NCBI GenBank assembly: GCA_002269645.1
Contig: NIVC01002506.1
Location: 1 to 64,000, forward strand
Length of the DNA: 64,000 nucleotides
Source of the DNA: Macrostomum lignano
Lineage: Eukaryota
Direction of reading: 5' to 3'
In this document: in pieces, positions 30,638 through 42,859 of the stretch
Layout: the number at the start of each line of letters is the position of its first letter
Position numbering within the stretch: the first letter of the stretch is position 1
Translations under genes and position numbers: made by a program
Notes under the pieces: generated by a model
Seen by the model: only the letters and a program-made list of their open reading frames with translations
What the model was told of the DNA's origin: nothing
The model's database searches: none

Positions 30638-31138
30638 TCAAGCGTCTCTCTCTACCCCCATATCTTTCAAAAGTCTTCCCAATTCATTGTTAGGAGCGCA
30701 CAAAATAAACCCTGCTTCTGAGCCTCCGCCCTCTCTCCTCGTGCACCAGCCCTCTCTCCCCAAACAGCCGCCCTCGGCGCCAACCCCCAACCCCAGCTTT
30801 TTCTTACCAAAAATAACAGCTTTAACTAGCTTCCGAGCGATCGATTCCCTCCACCCGCTTGAAGCCCCTATATTGTCGAGTCTCTTAAGCATTTCTTTGT
30901 CCCAGCGATTCTTCTCCTCAGGAAAATCTCTATATTTAACGTCGTGCCACATGCAGACAGAGTCTAGCTCGTTCACAGGCTCATGCCCAGGATTTGGGTT
31001 GTCGTTACCATCCAGCTGTATTTCAAGTGGATTCAAAGGCCCGCAATATTTGTACCCGGGAACTGTCCAGCCTTTGTTTGGATGAGGAAGCTTTTCTATC
31101 AGTCCATGTAAATCTAACTTACCACCAGAGCGTTGCAA
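30638..31138 (-). CDS. Parvovirus-VP1-like phospholipase A2 protein (ATG changed to TTG here)
   Basis: WTVPGYKYCGPLN (Ca-loop-like) and DSVCMWHDVKY (catalytic HD..Y), followed by G-x-G motifs. Confidence 0.85.
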   Translation of the reverse strand: MQRSGGKLDLHGLIEKLPHPNKGWTVPGYKYCGPLNPLEIQLDGNDNPNPGHEPVNELDSVCMWHDVKYRDFPEEKNRWDKEMLKRLDNIGASSGWRESIARKLVKAVIFGKKKLGLGVGAEGGCLGREGWCTRREGGGSEAGFILCAPNNELGRLLKDMGVERDA

Positions 31139-31168
31139 TATTTTATTTTAAATTTTATTTTTAAAAAA

Positions 31169-32065
31169 ATGACAGATCAGAAACTAAAAAAACTCTACTG
31201 CAGCGACAAAGGATTCTTTGTAGGAAAAAATGCAGTCACCAAACTCACAGAACTACAGTAAGTAAGGAACCAAAAGCTACAGTAGAAAAGTGGCTCTCTA
31301 AGCAAGCAGTCTTTCAAGTCTATTTCCAACCAGTAAAATTTGAAAGGCCCCATTTCAGTATTTATAAACCTAATGAGGCGCACCAAGCAGATCTTCTGTT
31401 TCTCCCCAATGACTCGGGCTACAAGTATGCTCTCACAATTACAGACGTTGCCTACAGATATAAGGAAGCGAGACCGCTTAAGACAAAGAAGTCACAAGCA
31501 GTTGCAACCGCACTCCAAGATATTTATAAAAACTCATCCCTTAGTTACCCCCAAATCTTTATGACCGACCCGGGTAAAGAATTCTATGGGGCAGTCAAAT
31601 CCCTTATGAACAAGAAAAATACAGAGATTCGCTATGGCAGAACTGAGCTCCACATAGACCAGGCTTTTGTGGAAAGATTCAATCTAACTCTAGCCAAGAG
31701 GCTATTCACTAAGCAGACAGCTGAAGAGCTGAAACTAAAAAGTGGTCAGTACTATACCAAGTGGACAGACCGGCTCCCCACTGTTATAGAGCAACTGAAC
31801 AATGAAGTCTCGCGCATGACCATACATACTGACAAACTCAGAGTTTCTACGATTTTAATATCTACCTAGAGAGCTAGAGAAGGAAACTAAAAGAAAAGCT
31901 ACAGATCCATACTTCAGCCTTGATGTACATAAAATAGACAGACATTTTACCTCCGACTCTGGAGAGTATTACTTTTTATCTCAGGCCTTTAACCCTAAAT
32001 CCCCCACGCGGTCATTCACTAGAGCTGAACTCCTAGTGATACCAGCTGACACAGAAATTAATTAA
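31169..32065 (+). pseudogene. int: rve integrase copy in A3 (core open, N-terminal shift and ~140-bp deletion)
   Basis: HQADLLFL...MTDPGKEF...QAFVERFNLTL in one frame. Confidence 0.9.
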
Positions 32066-32218
32066 AATATTAAAATAAAAATATAGATTATTTATTATTA
32101 TAGAGGGTACAAGACATGTAAGAGTATAGGACTAGTCCCAAAATGACACATCTAAGTCCCAAAATGACACATCTTCTAAATTATTTATTATTAAAAAAAA
32201 TTTCATCATAGAAAAAAA

Positions 32219-33019
32219 ATGGACTTTTCAAACGACTTCAATCCTCACTGGACGCGTAATCAGATTAAGTTTTCTCATCACAAGTCAATCCCGAGTCACT
32301 GCAGATGCATTGTCGTTGGTTCATCAGGTTCAGGTAAAACATTCAGAGTCTTTAACATGCTTCTTAGACCTGGCTTTATCGACCATGAAACTCTGCACAT
32401 CTACTCTCCCACACTGTATCAAGATGAGTATAAAATGCTGATTGCAGGGCTTCAAAACAAGCTGAACAAAGAATACAATATTGCGTGTTTAAATAACCAA
32501 CAAAGCCTTCCCAGTAACCCAGAAATTGTAGCTGCCGAATATGCAAAGCACCTCAAAGACAATGAAAAATGGCAGAACATTAAAGTTTTCACCTATGGAG
32601 ATCCACAGGCTGATCCAAAGACCAAACTTCTACCCCAACCAGATGAGCTAGAAAAGGGGAGAAAGCATTTGATCTTCTTTGAGGATTGTATGACAGGCCC
32701 ACAGAAGCAGATAGAAAACTATTTTACAAGAGGACGACATAACAATTGTAATGTAATCTACATTGCACAGAACTGGTTCGAGCTCCCGAACAAAACAATT
32801 CGTGGGAACTGCAATCTGATTCTACTGTTTCCAACCATTCCACAGGACAGGCTAAAAAGATTTTACAATGAGGTCATTGCGCCTGCCTATTTTATAAATC
32901 CAACAAAAAACTCAAACAGAAAGATTTCAAAAGAGGAATTCGTTAATCTTTGCTACGAAAAGTGGAACCAACCCTATCAGTTTGTCATGATCAACAAGGA
33001 GAAAAAGATTCTTATTTAA
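32219..33019 (+). CDS. Packaging ATPase, intact, 266 aa
   Basis: GSSGSGKT, LIFFED, TRGRHNNCNVIYIAQ. Confidence 0.92.
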   Translation: MDFSNDFNPHWTRNQIKFSHHKSIPSHCRCIVVGSSGSGKTFRVFNMLLRPGFIDHETLHIYSPTLYQDEYKMLIAGLQNKLNKEYNIACLNNQQSLPSNPEIVAAEYAKHLKDNEKWQNIKVFTYGDPQADPKTKLLPQPDELEKGRKHLIFFEDCMTGPQKQIENYFTRGRHNNCNVIYIAQNWFELPNKTIRGNCNLILLFPTIPQDRLKRFYNEVIAPAYFINPTKNSNRKISKEEFVNLCYEKWNQPYQFVMINKEKKILI

Positions 33020-33034
33020 ATTCTGTCAATAAAA

Positions 33035-33868
33035 ATGTCTATTAATTTTGCAGGTAAATCCATTTCTGGCAACAGCGCTCTTACATCAGCTCAGATATCC
33101 ATACTTGACAGGCGATATATCAACAGCGACGAAGAGATCCCAGAGATCAAACTGAATAAAAACAGATTGAAACAATTAGAGCGCTCCATGCACCAGCTGC
33201 AGATAAACATAGAAGATCTCAGGCCTAAAGTAGCCAGGCAGAAGTTTGAAAGTGATAAGCTTTATGTGCCGTTGTTAAACGCAACTCATGAACTTAGGTC
33301 AGAAATGAATTCAGTAGTCTCGCAAATCAACGGCTTAAGAACAAATTTAGCATCGACAATTAATCTTCTGAAAAAATCCACTGATAGGAGGATGCGTATT
33401 CTTGAAGAAGGAGTTTTAACAAACACAGGTAAAGTGTATAATTTAGACGAGTTCATGAGCCAGTCAACAGCATTGCATGACAGAATAAAAGAAAACGTCG
33501 CAACCAACCCAGGTAAAGTGAGGAATTTAGAAGAGTTCATTACTCAGTCAACAGCGTTGCATGATCGAATCAAAGAAAGAATTGATGCAATTTTCACCGA
33601 ATGGCAGAAATCGTTCAGAAGATTCCGTCGGCTTGAACGCTTGCATAATATCAAAACAATCGACATTTACGGCAACATTTACGCTGAAGAGGCACCACAG
33701 ACTATAAGAGAAATAAGTGATCCAACCGACTTGTTTGAGATCAGGACAGAGACTACTCAATTGAGTAGTTCAGGAGTAGAATGGAGCTCACAGACAATAA
33801 ATAGGCGGATTCGAAGAGACCCGTTGCCGTCACTGGAGACGAAGCAATCAACGGTAAAACAAATCTAA
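33035..33868 (+). CDS. Coiled-coil protein copy 3 (277 aa, two 28-aa units)
   Basis: Homologous to copies 1 and 2. Confidence 0.7.
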   Translation: MSINFAGKSISGNSALTSAQISILDRRYINSDEEIPEIKLNKNRLKQLERSMHQLQINIEDLRPKVARQKFESDKLYVPLLNATHELRSEMNSVVSQINGLRTNLASTINLLKKSTDRRMRILEEGVLTNTGKVYNLDEFMSQSTALHDRIKENVATNPGKVRNLEEFITQSTALHDRIKERIDAIFTEWQKSFRRFRRLERLHNIKTIDIYGNIYAEEAPQTIREISDPTDLFEIRTETTQLSSSGVEWSSQTINRRIRRDPLPSLETKQSTVKQI

Positions 33869-33910
33869 CCACCACCAACTAGTTGTCGATTAAAAAAAAT
33901 TTCCTAAAAA

Positions 33911-34557
33911 ATTAATGCTCAAAATTCTCTTTATGATCCGAACGCTCCCACAGCACCTAGTGCACCCCAATATGAGAAACAAAAACTCTACCCTGTCATT
34001 ACTTGTAACTCTCAACAACTTCGATTGGTGGAGATTCAAAAAAAGCGAAATGATCTTGAAAAAGAGATTTTTCACAACACAAAGCAAATTAAGCGCTATG
34101 ACAACCACTGTAAATTTTTCGACTACAGCAATATGATTCTAGGATCTGTGTCTGTTCTATCTGGATCTGCTGCAGCTGTCCCAACGTTGCCAGCCATTAC
34201 AATTCCAATCGCAATCCCGCTCGGCTCTGTGGGTGCTGCGTGTGGACTTATTTCAGCAATAACTGGAGCATTAGCGCGAAACAGGTGAAAAAACTAAAGC
34301 AGCTACAGGAGAAACAAGTAAAAGAGAAAGGGGTGCACACATCAATAATAGGGTACATTTCAAGGGCAATCGAGGATAAGTTCATTTCAGAGGATGAGTT
34401 CAAAACCATTCAGGATCTTTATGAACAATCAATTCGAATGAACTTAAACATGGTCGGTACTGATGACATGAGTCAGCTGAGAAATGAACTCGATAACTTT
34501 CTTCAACATTATGCGGAAAGAAATTCGGCAAGAAGGACAACGAGAAATGCACTATGA
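33911..34557 (+). pseudogene. Membrane-hairpin protein copy 3 (ATG lost, frameshifts)
   Basis: DPNAPTAPSAPQY...LYPVIT and the hydrophobic hairpin are retained. Confidence 0.85.
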
Positions 34558-34947
34558 AACACAGGTAAGAATAATTTCCTTGTAGGTCTCTCGTGTTTTG
34601 GTCATTGCATACAAAACAGTCATGCACAGCTCACATCAAATATCACTGCTAAGACCTTGGAGAATAAGTCTGAGCGATAATTTTTTTTCCTTTATATAAT
34701 TTCTTAGCTCTTCTGGTACTGCCGTCCCATAGCTATCGAAGTATTGATAATAACACTTGTGCTTGCGATCGGGATCAATCACCCAGCAAACCCAATGAGA
34801 TCCTGGCTTATCGGTGGTGTCGAAGTTCATGATGCCGCATTCTTTTCTCGGAGGAAAATCAGGCAGAGTGTCGCTCATAAAAATTCCTCTAAAGTTTGGG
34901 ATTTCCAGTTCGTTAGCCAAATCTTCGAGAAAGTTATTTGTCGTCAT
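34552..34947 (-). pseudogene. Adenain-like protease copy 3 (stop at the catalytic-Cys position)
   Basis: GSHWVCW, YFDSYG, LQGLSSDI then TGA. Confidence 0.88.
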
Positions 34948-35017
34948 TTTTTATGAGGCTTATCAAACTTTTTTCTTAAACCTAAACCCAATCTCCTAAT
35001 CTCCTAATCTCAACCTC

Positions 35018-38000
35018 CTAAACCCAACCTCCACCTACTAAACCTAATATCCAGTGCCCGAACGGTAGACTGTTAATATTGTCATCAAAAATGAATCTCT
35101 TGTTATCTGCACCTGACAGTCCAATCTTCTCTTGCTGAATTGTGTAAATATTATGGTTTTTAGATTGTAGCTTTGAGAACTCATGAGATGTCTTTTTGTT
35201 GCAATTCAAGGCGTCTCTGTATTCAGCTTCATTAATTTCCTTCCTAACCACGCGTTTCGGAATTGCCTTTGATTTTTTAATTGGGTCTGACGACTCACAT
35301 TTTACAAAATAGGACTTTGCTCTCAACCCAATGAATTCAGTGATTATGTCACCAGCAATCTCGTCCTTCATTTTCCCAATCACTTTCTTGTTAGTGGCGT
35401 CAAACACTTGATCGCCATTCTGTGTCCTGCAAGATTCATCATACTCAGACAAGTCAAACAAATCTTTTTGCTGCAGCATGTCCTGATAAATGTCTTCTGT
35501 TTGAATGTCCATAATAAAACTGTCTGTGTCAGTGTACAAGAGTTTCATTTTATCCTTGTACTGCTGCTTCATGCCATAGAAGAACTGGTACATCAGACGT
35601 TTTGATTCGTCGAGAACAGTGACACCTGTATAGATCGGCTTGCGCAGCGTCACCTTGGTTTTGTAAAATATGATCACACCTAGGTAGCTATTAAAGATGT
35701 GGAGTTCTTTGAATGTCGGCTTTGACATATTTGCCTGAATAACAGCAGGCTCTGATGAGGTAACAAGTTTCAGGTTTGTTCTTTTCCGCTCATTCTCAAG
35801 AGTCTTGCCATAGACAGAGTTGTTGGCCAACTTAAAGAGGTTCTTGTCAAAGTCGTTGGTTGCTTTGGTCCTAAACTAGGTGTTCTTATCAATGAAGGGT
35901 TTCATCCACGCTTCCTCTGTAAATTTAAGAGCCCTGTGAACTTTGGTGACCCTGCAACCAAGTGAGATAAAATACTGAAGCAGTTTGTAATGGATTTTGT
36001 AACGTGTCTTGTTGTTTAGATTCTGTGTTAGTTTCTCTGTATGTTCTTTTTCTGTTCCTGACAGGTGCCAAGTTCCATTGGGAGTTTCGATTATTTTCGG
36101 GCACTTGATGTTCTCTGGGAAGGGTGGAAAGTCAGAGAAATAGTCGTAAAGCACTGGTAGAATGTAAACATCAACCTCATAAATGGCAGCCAATGAAAAG
36201 TCCCGTTTGAATTCTGATAGCCATCGAAAATCTCTAACTGGAAGATCTTGACTCATCGCCCACCCATTGAGATTATTAGCGTCCAAGTAAGTAATGTAGT
36301 TTGAGGGCTGCTCCTTATTGTAAGATTCAATGTAGGGATTGTTTGCTTTTGCATACCTGTTAACGCAAATTGAGATTCCCCCTCGCTTTGACGATTCGAC
36401 AAAATTGTACATGTCAATGTCTGTAAGAAGTTCAATGTACCAATCTGGATCTTGATCCCATTTCATTTTAAGCAAATATTCCCAGCTAGTGGCAGGCAGA
36501 GACACATAATGTGCTGGATCGAGGCCATATGCTGTGTACCAGGTGTATCTGAAGGTTTCAAACACATCGGCCAGCAGAAACACATCTGTGAAGAGGTAAA
36601 GCAGGTGATACTGGAATAAGCTTTGACAATTAAAGTAATTATAGACATTCTTCGCGTGCTCATAGTCTTTGTTAGAGATTCCAGAGTCTGTTAGCTTTGA
36701 AAAGAACTTCTCCTGTGGCGGCAGTCCCTCTTCAAAAACATGAAAACCAGTAATATTCTCCTAGGGGTAAAAGCCTTTGGTTCTAAGAAGCTTAAATGTT
36801 TCTTGGTTAACACCAGTAAACATCTTCGCATATGTACATTTTTCATCTTTTAGATTCTTGCTTAGTTCGTCTAGACTGGCAGCTAGAAATTGATATGAAT
36901 CTTTCAGTCTTATTTTACCTGTACCCGAATTATCCTGTTTAATATCAACACACTTAAACTTCTCCTTGTTCTCTGCGATGCAATCAAGGTGTATGTCTGG
37001 AATAATGCCGATTTTTTCAACTATTTGAAGGGTGCTAATAACTTTTTGCAACTCTAACATTCTGGCAATAAACTGCTCCACACACTGCTCTCCAAAGAAA
37101 TAATTATACTCAACAAGTCCTTTTGTAACGGTAATAAAAGCATATGCTACTGAATTAGGGACATGTTTTTGAGTTTCTGACATGATTGAGCATTCGAAAT
37201 CAGCATATACAACAAATGGGAGCTTCTCCATCTTGTGATAGTTCTTAAACCGGAGATACTTCTCTTCAGCTGAAGGAAGAGAGCAGTTGGTTGGGTGATC
37301 TTCACATGATAATTCATGCTCTGCTAGTTTTTCAAAGCGCTCAGGTCCACTGTAATGCTTAAGGCACAAGCGGCAGATGGCAATAGCCTCGTGATGATTA
37401 TTCAACTGCTTGTGAATGAGTCTTGAAAGATCTTTAATCCAAACATAGTGAGCCTCCTCTAGTAAATTACCAATCACTAGAAGATCCACTTCAGTCTGCC
37501 TTTTCCCGTCGGATCTAAAACGTCTTTTCTACATCTGACCGGTTGAACTTTCTCAGTTTTTTCACTCCACTCAAAGACTGTGATTCTAATTTTGTTATTA
37601 AACACTTCTTCTAGCTTTGGGATCTGAGAGATCGCCAAGCCTCTTTTGTCAAACCTGATTCCCTTCTTTTCGTATTCGATGAGATAGTAGTTGAAATAAT
37701 TTTGATAATTTGAGGTTCTTTCAGGGTGGTGAGGGACACTACAATGAAGAAGTGCAGAAAGAACTGCCCATAGAGCACAGCAATTGTCTTTCTTTTTAAC
37801 ATTTATGCAAGCTTTTTTACCGGCTAGCTTATGCGGGAGCTCTATATAAGAGGAGGCTTTAAGTGGGTCATATTTCATGACCATGACAGTCGCTCTTTGA
37901 ATCCCTCCTACGACCCATCCGGAACCTCTGGATGTAAACGCTTCAATTTTCTTATTGACATCTTGAAGGAAAGGATCCAGTGTGTCTGTAGGGGTGAATG

Positions 38001-38420
38001 GCTTTGCATTTGTTGATCATGTAATATTCGAGATGCTCAGTGGGTTTTGCAGGCATATAAAATGCAATCTTGAATGATATCTGTAGTTTAAAGGTCTTGC
38101 GTGTTTTGAGTGTGTGATCAACAACTGATTGGATGCTGTCTTTATAGTCGTAGATGTTTGCGGTAGTGCCGTTGGTGTCGTTAATTTGGTTGGTGCCGTT
38201 TATTGGGATTGTGTACTCTATGTAATGTTCAGTAAACTTCCTCTGTGCAAAATTAATCTCTTCAATGGCAAGCTCTGACTCTTTTAAATGGATTAATTGC
38301 TCTAATTTCTCTTGTTCCTGCTTATTTTGTGGGTACTTTGCTTTTTCACCAGTGAGAGTTTCGTATTTGTTAACTAAGTTGCGACTCCTCTCTTGGTGTT
38401 CCTTTGCAGGATTTTTTATA
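35018..38420 (-). pseudogene. polB: pPolB copy 3, 5'-truncated, with 240-bp in-frame deletion and stops
   Basis: Pol motifs present. STLQ is joined to IVEKIG at ~37030, removing A1 3386-3625. Confidence 0.92.
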
Positions 38421-39224
38421 CGTTCACTGCCTGCCAAAGAGGCTCGCAAGTTTATTCATTCATTACACAGGCCGGCTATTACACAGGGCAGCCTATTAAA
38501 AGGCACAGATAATGAAACAAATTGATGTCGCAACCGATTTCACAGTCAGTCATTATCAGTCTCAGTTAAAGTTAACAAAAACATTGCGCAATATAAATCA
38601 ACCCTCCAATCCACAGCAGTAGTGAGAAGTTGAACCCTCCCCCCAACTTCATCTATTTCGTCTCGCAAAACTGAGTACAATATTTGCAAAAAGTTAAAAG
38701 TATGGAAATAGTTTTTCAAATGCTGTGCTTTTTCTTTTCATATTTAAAGCAAACAATTTATATCCCCGAACTCAGCGTTGCAAGATATTTCCAGCAATAT
38801 AAGTCTCTTCTTTCAAAGTTTAAAACTCGAGGAACAGTTAGCGTTTGAAACTGTCTGATTTATAGCATTGAAGTATGGAGTGTACGTTCACTGCCTGCTT
38901 GCAAGATGATGCATTGAATTTCAATGTCCAACAAATACACAGGGCTGCCCATTGAGAGGCAGGAAAACTTATCAGTAGCCATATCATTGCGCAATTATCT
39001 ATACAGTCAGCCAGTGAGCCAGGGTCCAAGTGTACACACGCAGCCACTGAGAACGCTCCCACCCCCCACTGGAAAGAAAATACACTACAGAGATAGGGAA
39101 AAGTTGTGGCGCAATCACTAAAAATTCGTGCATTTTTTCAGCTCCAAGCAGAAAGAGGGTACAAATAAGATTATCAAAGGTCAAGATTCAAGTTTTCTGC
39201 TTTTTTGAGGATCTTAGAAATTAA

Positions 39225-39329
39225 AATTTCAGAATTAAAATAGCCTATAGCCGACCTCGGATAATTTCCAATCTTCCCATATAAGTTTCAACGCTGAGTT
39301 GCCACTATTCAAGGAGGAGTTGTCGAAAT

Positions 39330-39375
<46 letters not shown>

Positions 39376-39560
39376 AAGACAAACAACACGTGAACTTTAG
39401 TATATGTAGATATTCTAGGAGGAGTTATCGAACTGACAAACAGACAAACAGACGCACAAACATCGCACCAACTTTAGTAATAGGATATTCTAGGAGGAGT
39501 TATCGAACTGACAAACAGACAAACAGACGCACAAACATCGCACCAACTTTAGTATTAGGA
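39225..39560 (-). mobile_element. Non-autonomous Helitron/DINE-1-like 5' ends with (CTGT)n, plus two tandem 75-bp related units
   Basis: Minus strand reads ATCTACATATACTAAAG...CTGTCTGTC. Units at 39412-39560 begin TCCTATTACTAAAG. Related copies at ~41520-41690 and ~42220-42390. Confidence 0.6.
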
Positions 39561-39699
39561 CGACGAGTGGAACTCCTCCTCCGGAGGAGAAAGGGAAAGA
39601 ACTCCCATCACCGGAATTCCATTCCCTGAAATCCATCAGCTGAAACTCCATGACTTGAATCCCATCTTCCAAATCATCTCCAAATCCTCTGTAAAGCCT

Positions 39700-40700
39700 T
39701 TTTTGCTCTCCTCTTTGCCCTCTCACCTCTACAGTGTAGTCTCTTATCTCTTCTCTCTAATCTGCTTTCCATCTCTAGTCTCTCATCTCTGCTCTCTCTT
39801 CTGTGCTATCTTATATCTAGTCTCTCCTCTCTCTCCTCTCATCTCTACTCCCTTATTTATCTCTTCTCCCTCGTCCTTCGTGTCTACGCTCTCCTGTCTC
39901 CTCTCTCCCCTGTTTTCTCCTCTCCTATATCTTATCTCTACTCACTTTTCTATCGTCTCTCCTCTACCCTCTCTTTCTTCTCTTTTCTCTCCCCTCTCTG
40001 CTCTCATTTCTCATGTCACCTATGCGCTCTCACCCTCTCATTTCTTATCTACCATCTTTCTTCCAAGTTCCCTCCTTTCTACCATCTCCTGTCTTCCTTT
40101 CTTCTCTCCTCTCTCTCCTCTCCTCTCCTCTCCTCTCTTATCTCTTCTCCTTTCTCCTCTCATCATCATTTCTAATCTCTAATCTCTTCTCTCTCTTATG
40201 TTCCCACTTATCTCTTCTCATCGCATCTCTCATCCCTCCTCTCCTCACTACTTTCCTCTCTTAACTCTCTCATCTCTGATCTTTCATCTCTCTCCTCTCT
40301 CCTCTCTCTTCTCCTCTCACTTCTCTCTCCTCTCTCTATCATCTCTACTACCTTATTTATATCTTCTCCCTGGTCTTTCGTCTCTACTCTCTCCTGTCTC
40401 ATTTCTCCCCTCTTTTCTCCTCTCCTCTCTCTCCCCTTCTCTCTCATCTCTCATCCCTCATCTCACTCTTTATTTCTCCTCTACTCTCCCCTGTCTTTTA
40501 TTTCCTCTGTACGCTTTTATCCCTCATCTATTCTCTCTCCTATAATCTCTCTCCTCTTCTCTTCTATCCCCCTCTTCATTCCCGCATCACTCCCCTCTTC
40601 TCTCCTATCTGTCATCTCTCCTCTCTAATTTCTACTCTCTTTTCTATCATCTCATCTCTCTTCTCTTTTCGCTCTTCTCTTTACTCTCTTCTCTGACTGA
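39700..40700 (+). repeat. Pyrimidine-rich (CT) low-complexity tract
   Basis: Strong C/T strand bias; the ORFs here are Ser/Leu/Pro artefacts. Confidence 0.95.
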
Positions 40701-40714
40701 CTGAAGATGCCAAA

Positions 40715-41000
40715 TCCATCAAGATCCTCTCCGCGAAGCAGAAATCCTGTCCGTGCAAATGAAAACCATCGAAATCCTCTCCGTGAAACTGGACTCCTTC
40801 GAAATCATATCCTTGAAACTTAAATCCATCAAAATCGTCTCCATAAAACCGAAATCAATCATAAATTATCTCCGCGAAACAGAAATCCTCTCCGTGAAAC
40901 TGAGCACCATCGAAATCCTCTCCACGAAACAGAAATCCTATCCGTCAAAATTAAAACATTGAAATCGTCTCCGCTAAACTGGACTCAATCGAATTTTTTC
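40715..41000 (+). repeat. Imperfect short tandem repeats GAAATC(C/G)TCTCCG(T/C)GAAAC
   Basis: About ten degenerate units are visible. Confidence 0.7.
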
Positions 41001-41031
41001 CGTCAAACAACTCAACTCTCTGGTTCATTGG

Positions 41032-41059
41032 TTAGGGTTAGGGTTAGGGTTAGGGTTAG
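41032..41059 (+). repeat. Interstitial (TTAGGG)4 TTAG
   Basis: Read directly. Confidence 0.95.
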
Positions 41060-41081
41060 AACTACACACAGCTTCGTGTTA

Positions 41082-42479
41082 AAAGGCACAGATAAAAATA
41101 TTGAACTAATTGAATCTATTCATTGCGCAACCGATTTCACAGTCAGTCAGTATCAGTTGAAGTTGAAGTTAACAAAAAGATTGCGCAATCTAAATCAACC
41201 CTCCAATACACAGCAGCAGTGAGAAGTTGAACCCTCCCCCAACTTTATCTATTACGTCTCGCAAAACTGAGTACAATCTTTGCAGAAAGTTAAAGTATGG
41301 AAATAGTTTTTCAAATGCGGTGCTTTTTTTTTCATATTTAAAGCAAACAACTTATATCCCCGAACTCAGCGTTGCAAGCTCTTTCCAGCAATATAAGTCT
41401 CTCGGCCCACAGCGGCCCGCGGGCGGAGGTTATGGTGGCTATTTTTACAAACTGGCTGAAGCCCCAGGCAGAGGGGCAAAAAAGGTTAATGGGGGTTAAA
41501 AAAGCAATTTTCTGCTTTTTTGAGGATCTTAGAAATTAAAATTTCAGAATTAAAATAGCCTATAGCCGACCTCGGATAATTTCCAATATTCCCATATAAG
41601 TTTCAACGCTGAGTTGCCACTATTCAAAGAGGAGTTGTCGAAATGACAGACAGACAGACAGACAAACAACACGTGAACTTTAGTATATGTACGAGTGAAA
41701 CTCCTCCTTCGGAGGAGAAAGGGGAAGAACTTCCATCACCGGAATTCCATTTCCTGAAATATCCATCAACTGAAATTCACAGAAAGGCACAGATAAAAAT
41801 ATTGAACTAATTGAATCTATTCATTGCGCAACCGATTTCACAGTCAGTCAGTATCAGTTGAAGTTGAAGTTAACAAAAAGATTGCGCAATCTAAATCAAC
41901 CCTCCAATACACAGCAGCAGTGAGAAGTTGAACCCTCCCCCAACTTTATCTATTACGTCTCGCAAAACTGAGTACAATCTTTGCAGAAAGTTAAAGTATG
42001 GAAATAGTTTTTCAAATGCGGTGCTTTTTTTTCATATTTAAAGCAAACAACTTATATCCCCGAACTCAGCGTTGCAAGCTCTTTCCAGCAATATAAGTCT
42101 CTCGGCCCACAGCGGCCCGCGGGCGGAGGTTATGGTGGCTATTTTTACAAACTGGCTGAAGCCCCAGGCAGAGGGGCAAAAAAGGTTAATGGGGGTTAAA
42201 AAAGCAATTTTCTGCTTTTTTGAGGATCTTAGAAATTAAAATTTCAGAATTAAAATAGCCTATAGCCGACCTCGGATAATTTCCAATATTCCCATATAAG
42301 TTTCAACGCTGAGTTGCCACTATTCAAAGAGGAGTTGTCGAAATGACAGACAGACAGACAGACAAACAACACGTGAACTTTAGTATATGTACGAGTGAAA
42401 CTCCTCCTTCGGAGGAGAAAGGGGAAGAACTTCCATCACCGGAATTCCATTTCCTGAAATATCCATCAACTGAAATTCC
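41082..42479 (+). repeat. Near-perfect tandem duplication, period 701 bp
   Basis: 41082-41779 is repeated at 41783-42479. Confidence 0.92.
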
Positions 42480-42549
42480 ATGTCTTGAACCCTATCTTCC
42501 AAATCTTCTCCATTTTTTTTTGCAAAACCTTTCAAAGACCATAGCTCAA

Positions 42550-42825
42550 AGACTTTCATGTCTCTCATATCTCCTCTCTCCTCTCTTCGCTATTATAGTG
42601 ACTCTCTTCTTTCTCCTCACTCTCATCTCATCTCTACCCCTACTTCCTTATTTATGTCTTCACCCTCGTCTTTCGTCTGTACCCTCTCCTGTCTCTTGTC
42701 TCCTCTCTTGTCTCATATCTCTCCTCTTCACTTCTCTCTTGTCTCCTCTCTTCTCTCCTATCTCTCCTTCTTCTCTCCTCTCTCATATGTCATCTCTACT
42801 CACTTATCTATCGTCTCTCTTAACC

Positions 42826-42859
<34 letters not shown>

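Larger units (their letters stand above)
28471..38420. mobile_element. Family A copy A3: left TIR to truncated polB, ATPase-polB block inverted relative to A1
   Basis: Begins AGTAG. Carries PLA2, integrase, ATPase, coiled-coil, membrane, protease and polB homologues. polB is cut at 38420 by a host repeat. Confidence 0.9.
38490..40740. repeat. Composite host repeat unit (AT-rich block, Helitron-like end, CT-rich tract). Diverged second copy at 41782-43610
   Basis: Shared ordered segments AAAGGCACAGAT..., AAAATAGCCTATAGCCGACC..., CT tract, then GAAGATGCCAAATCCATCAAGATCC. Confidence 0.75.

Noticed and set aside
41032-41059. True chromosome end
   Set aside because: Only four units, with ordinary sequence on both sides.
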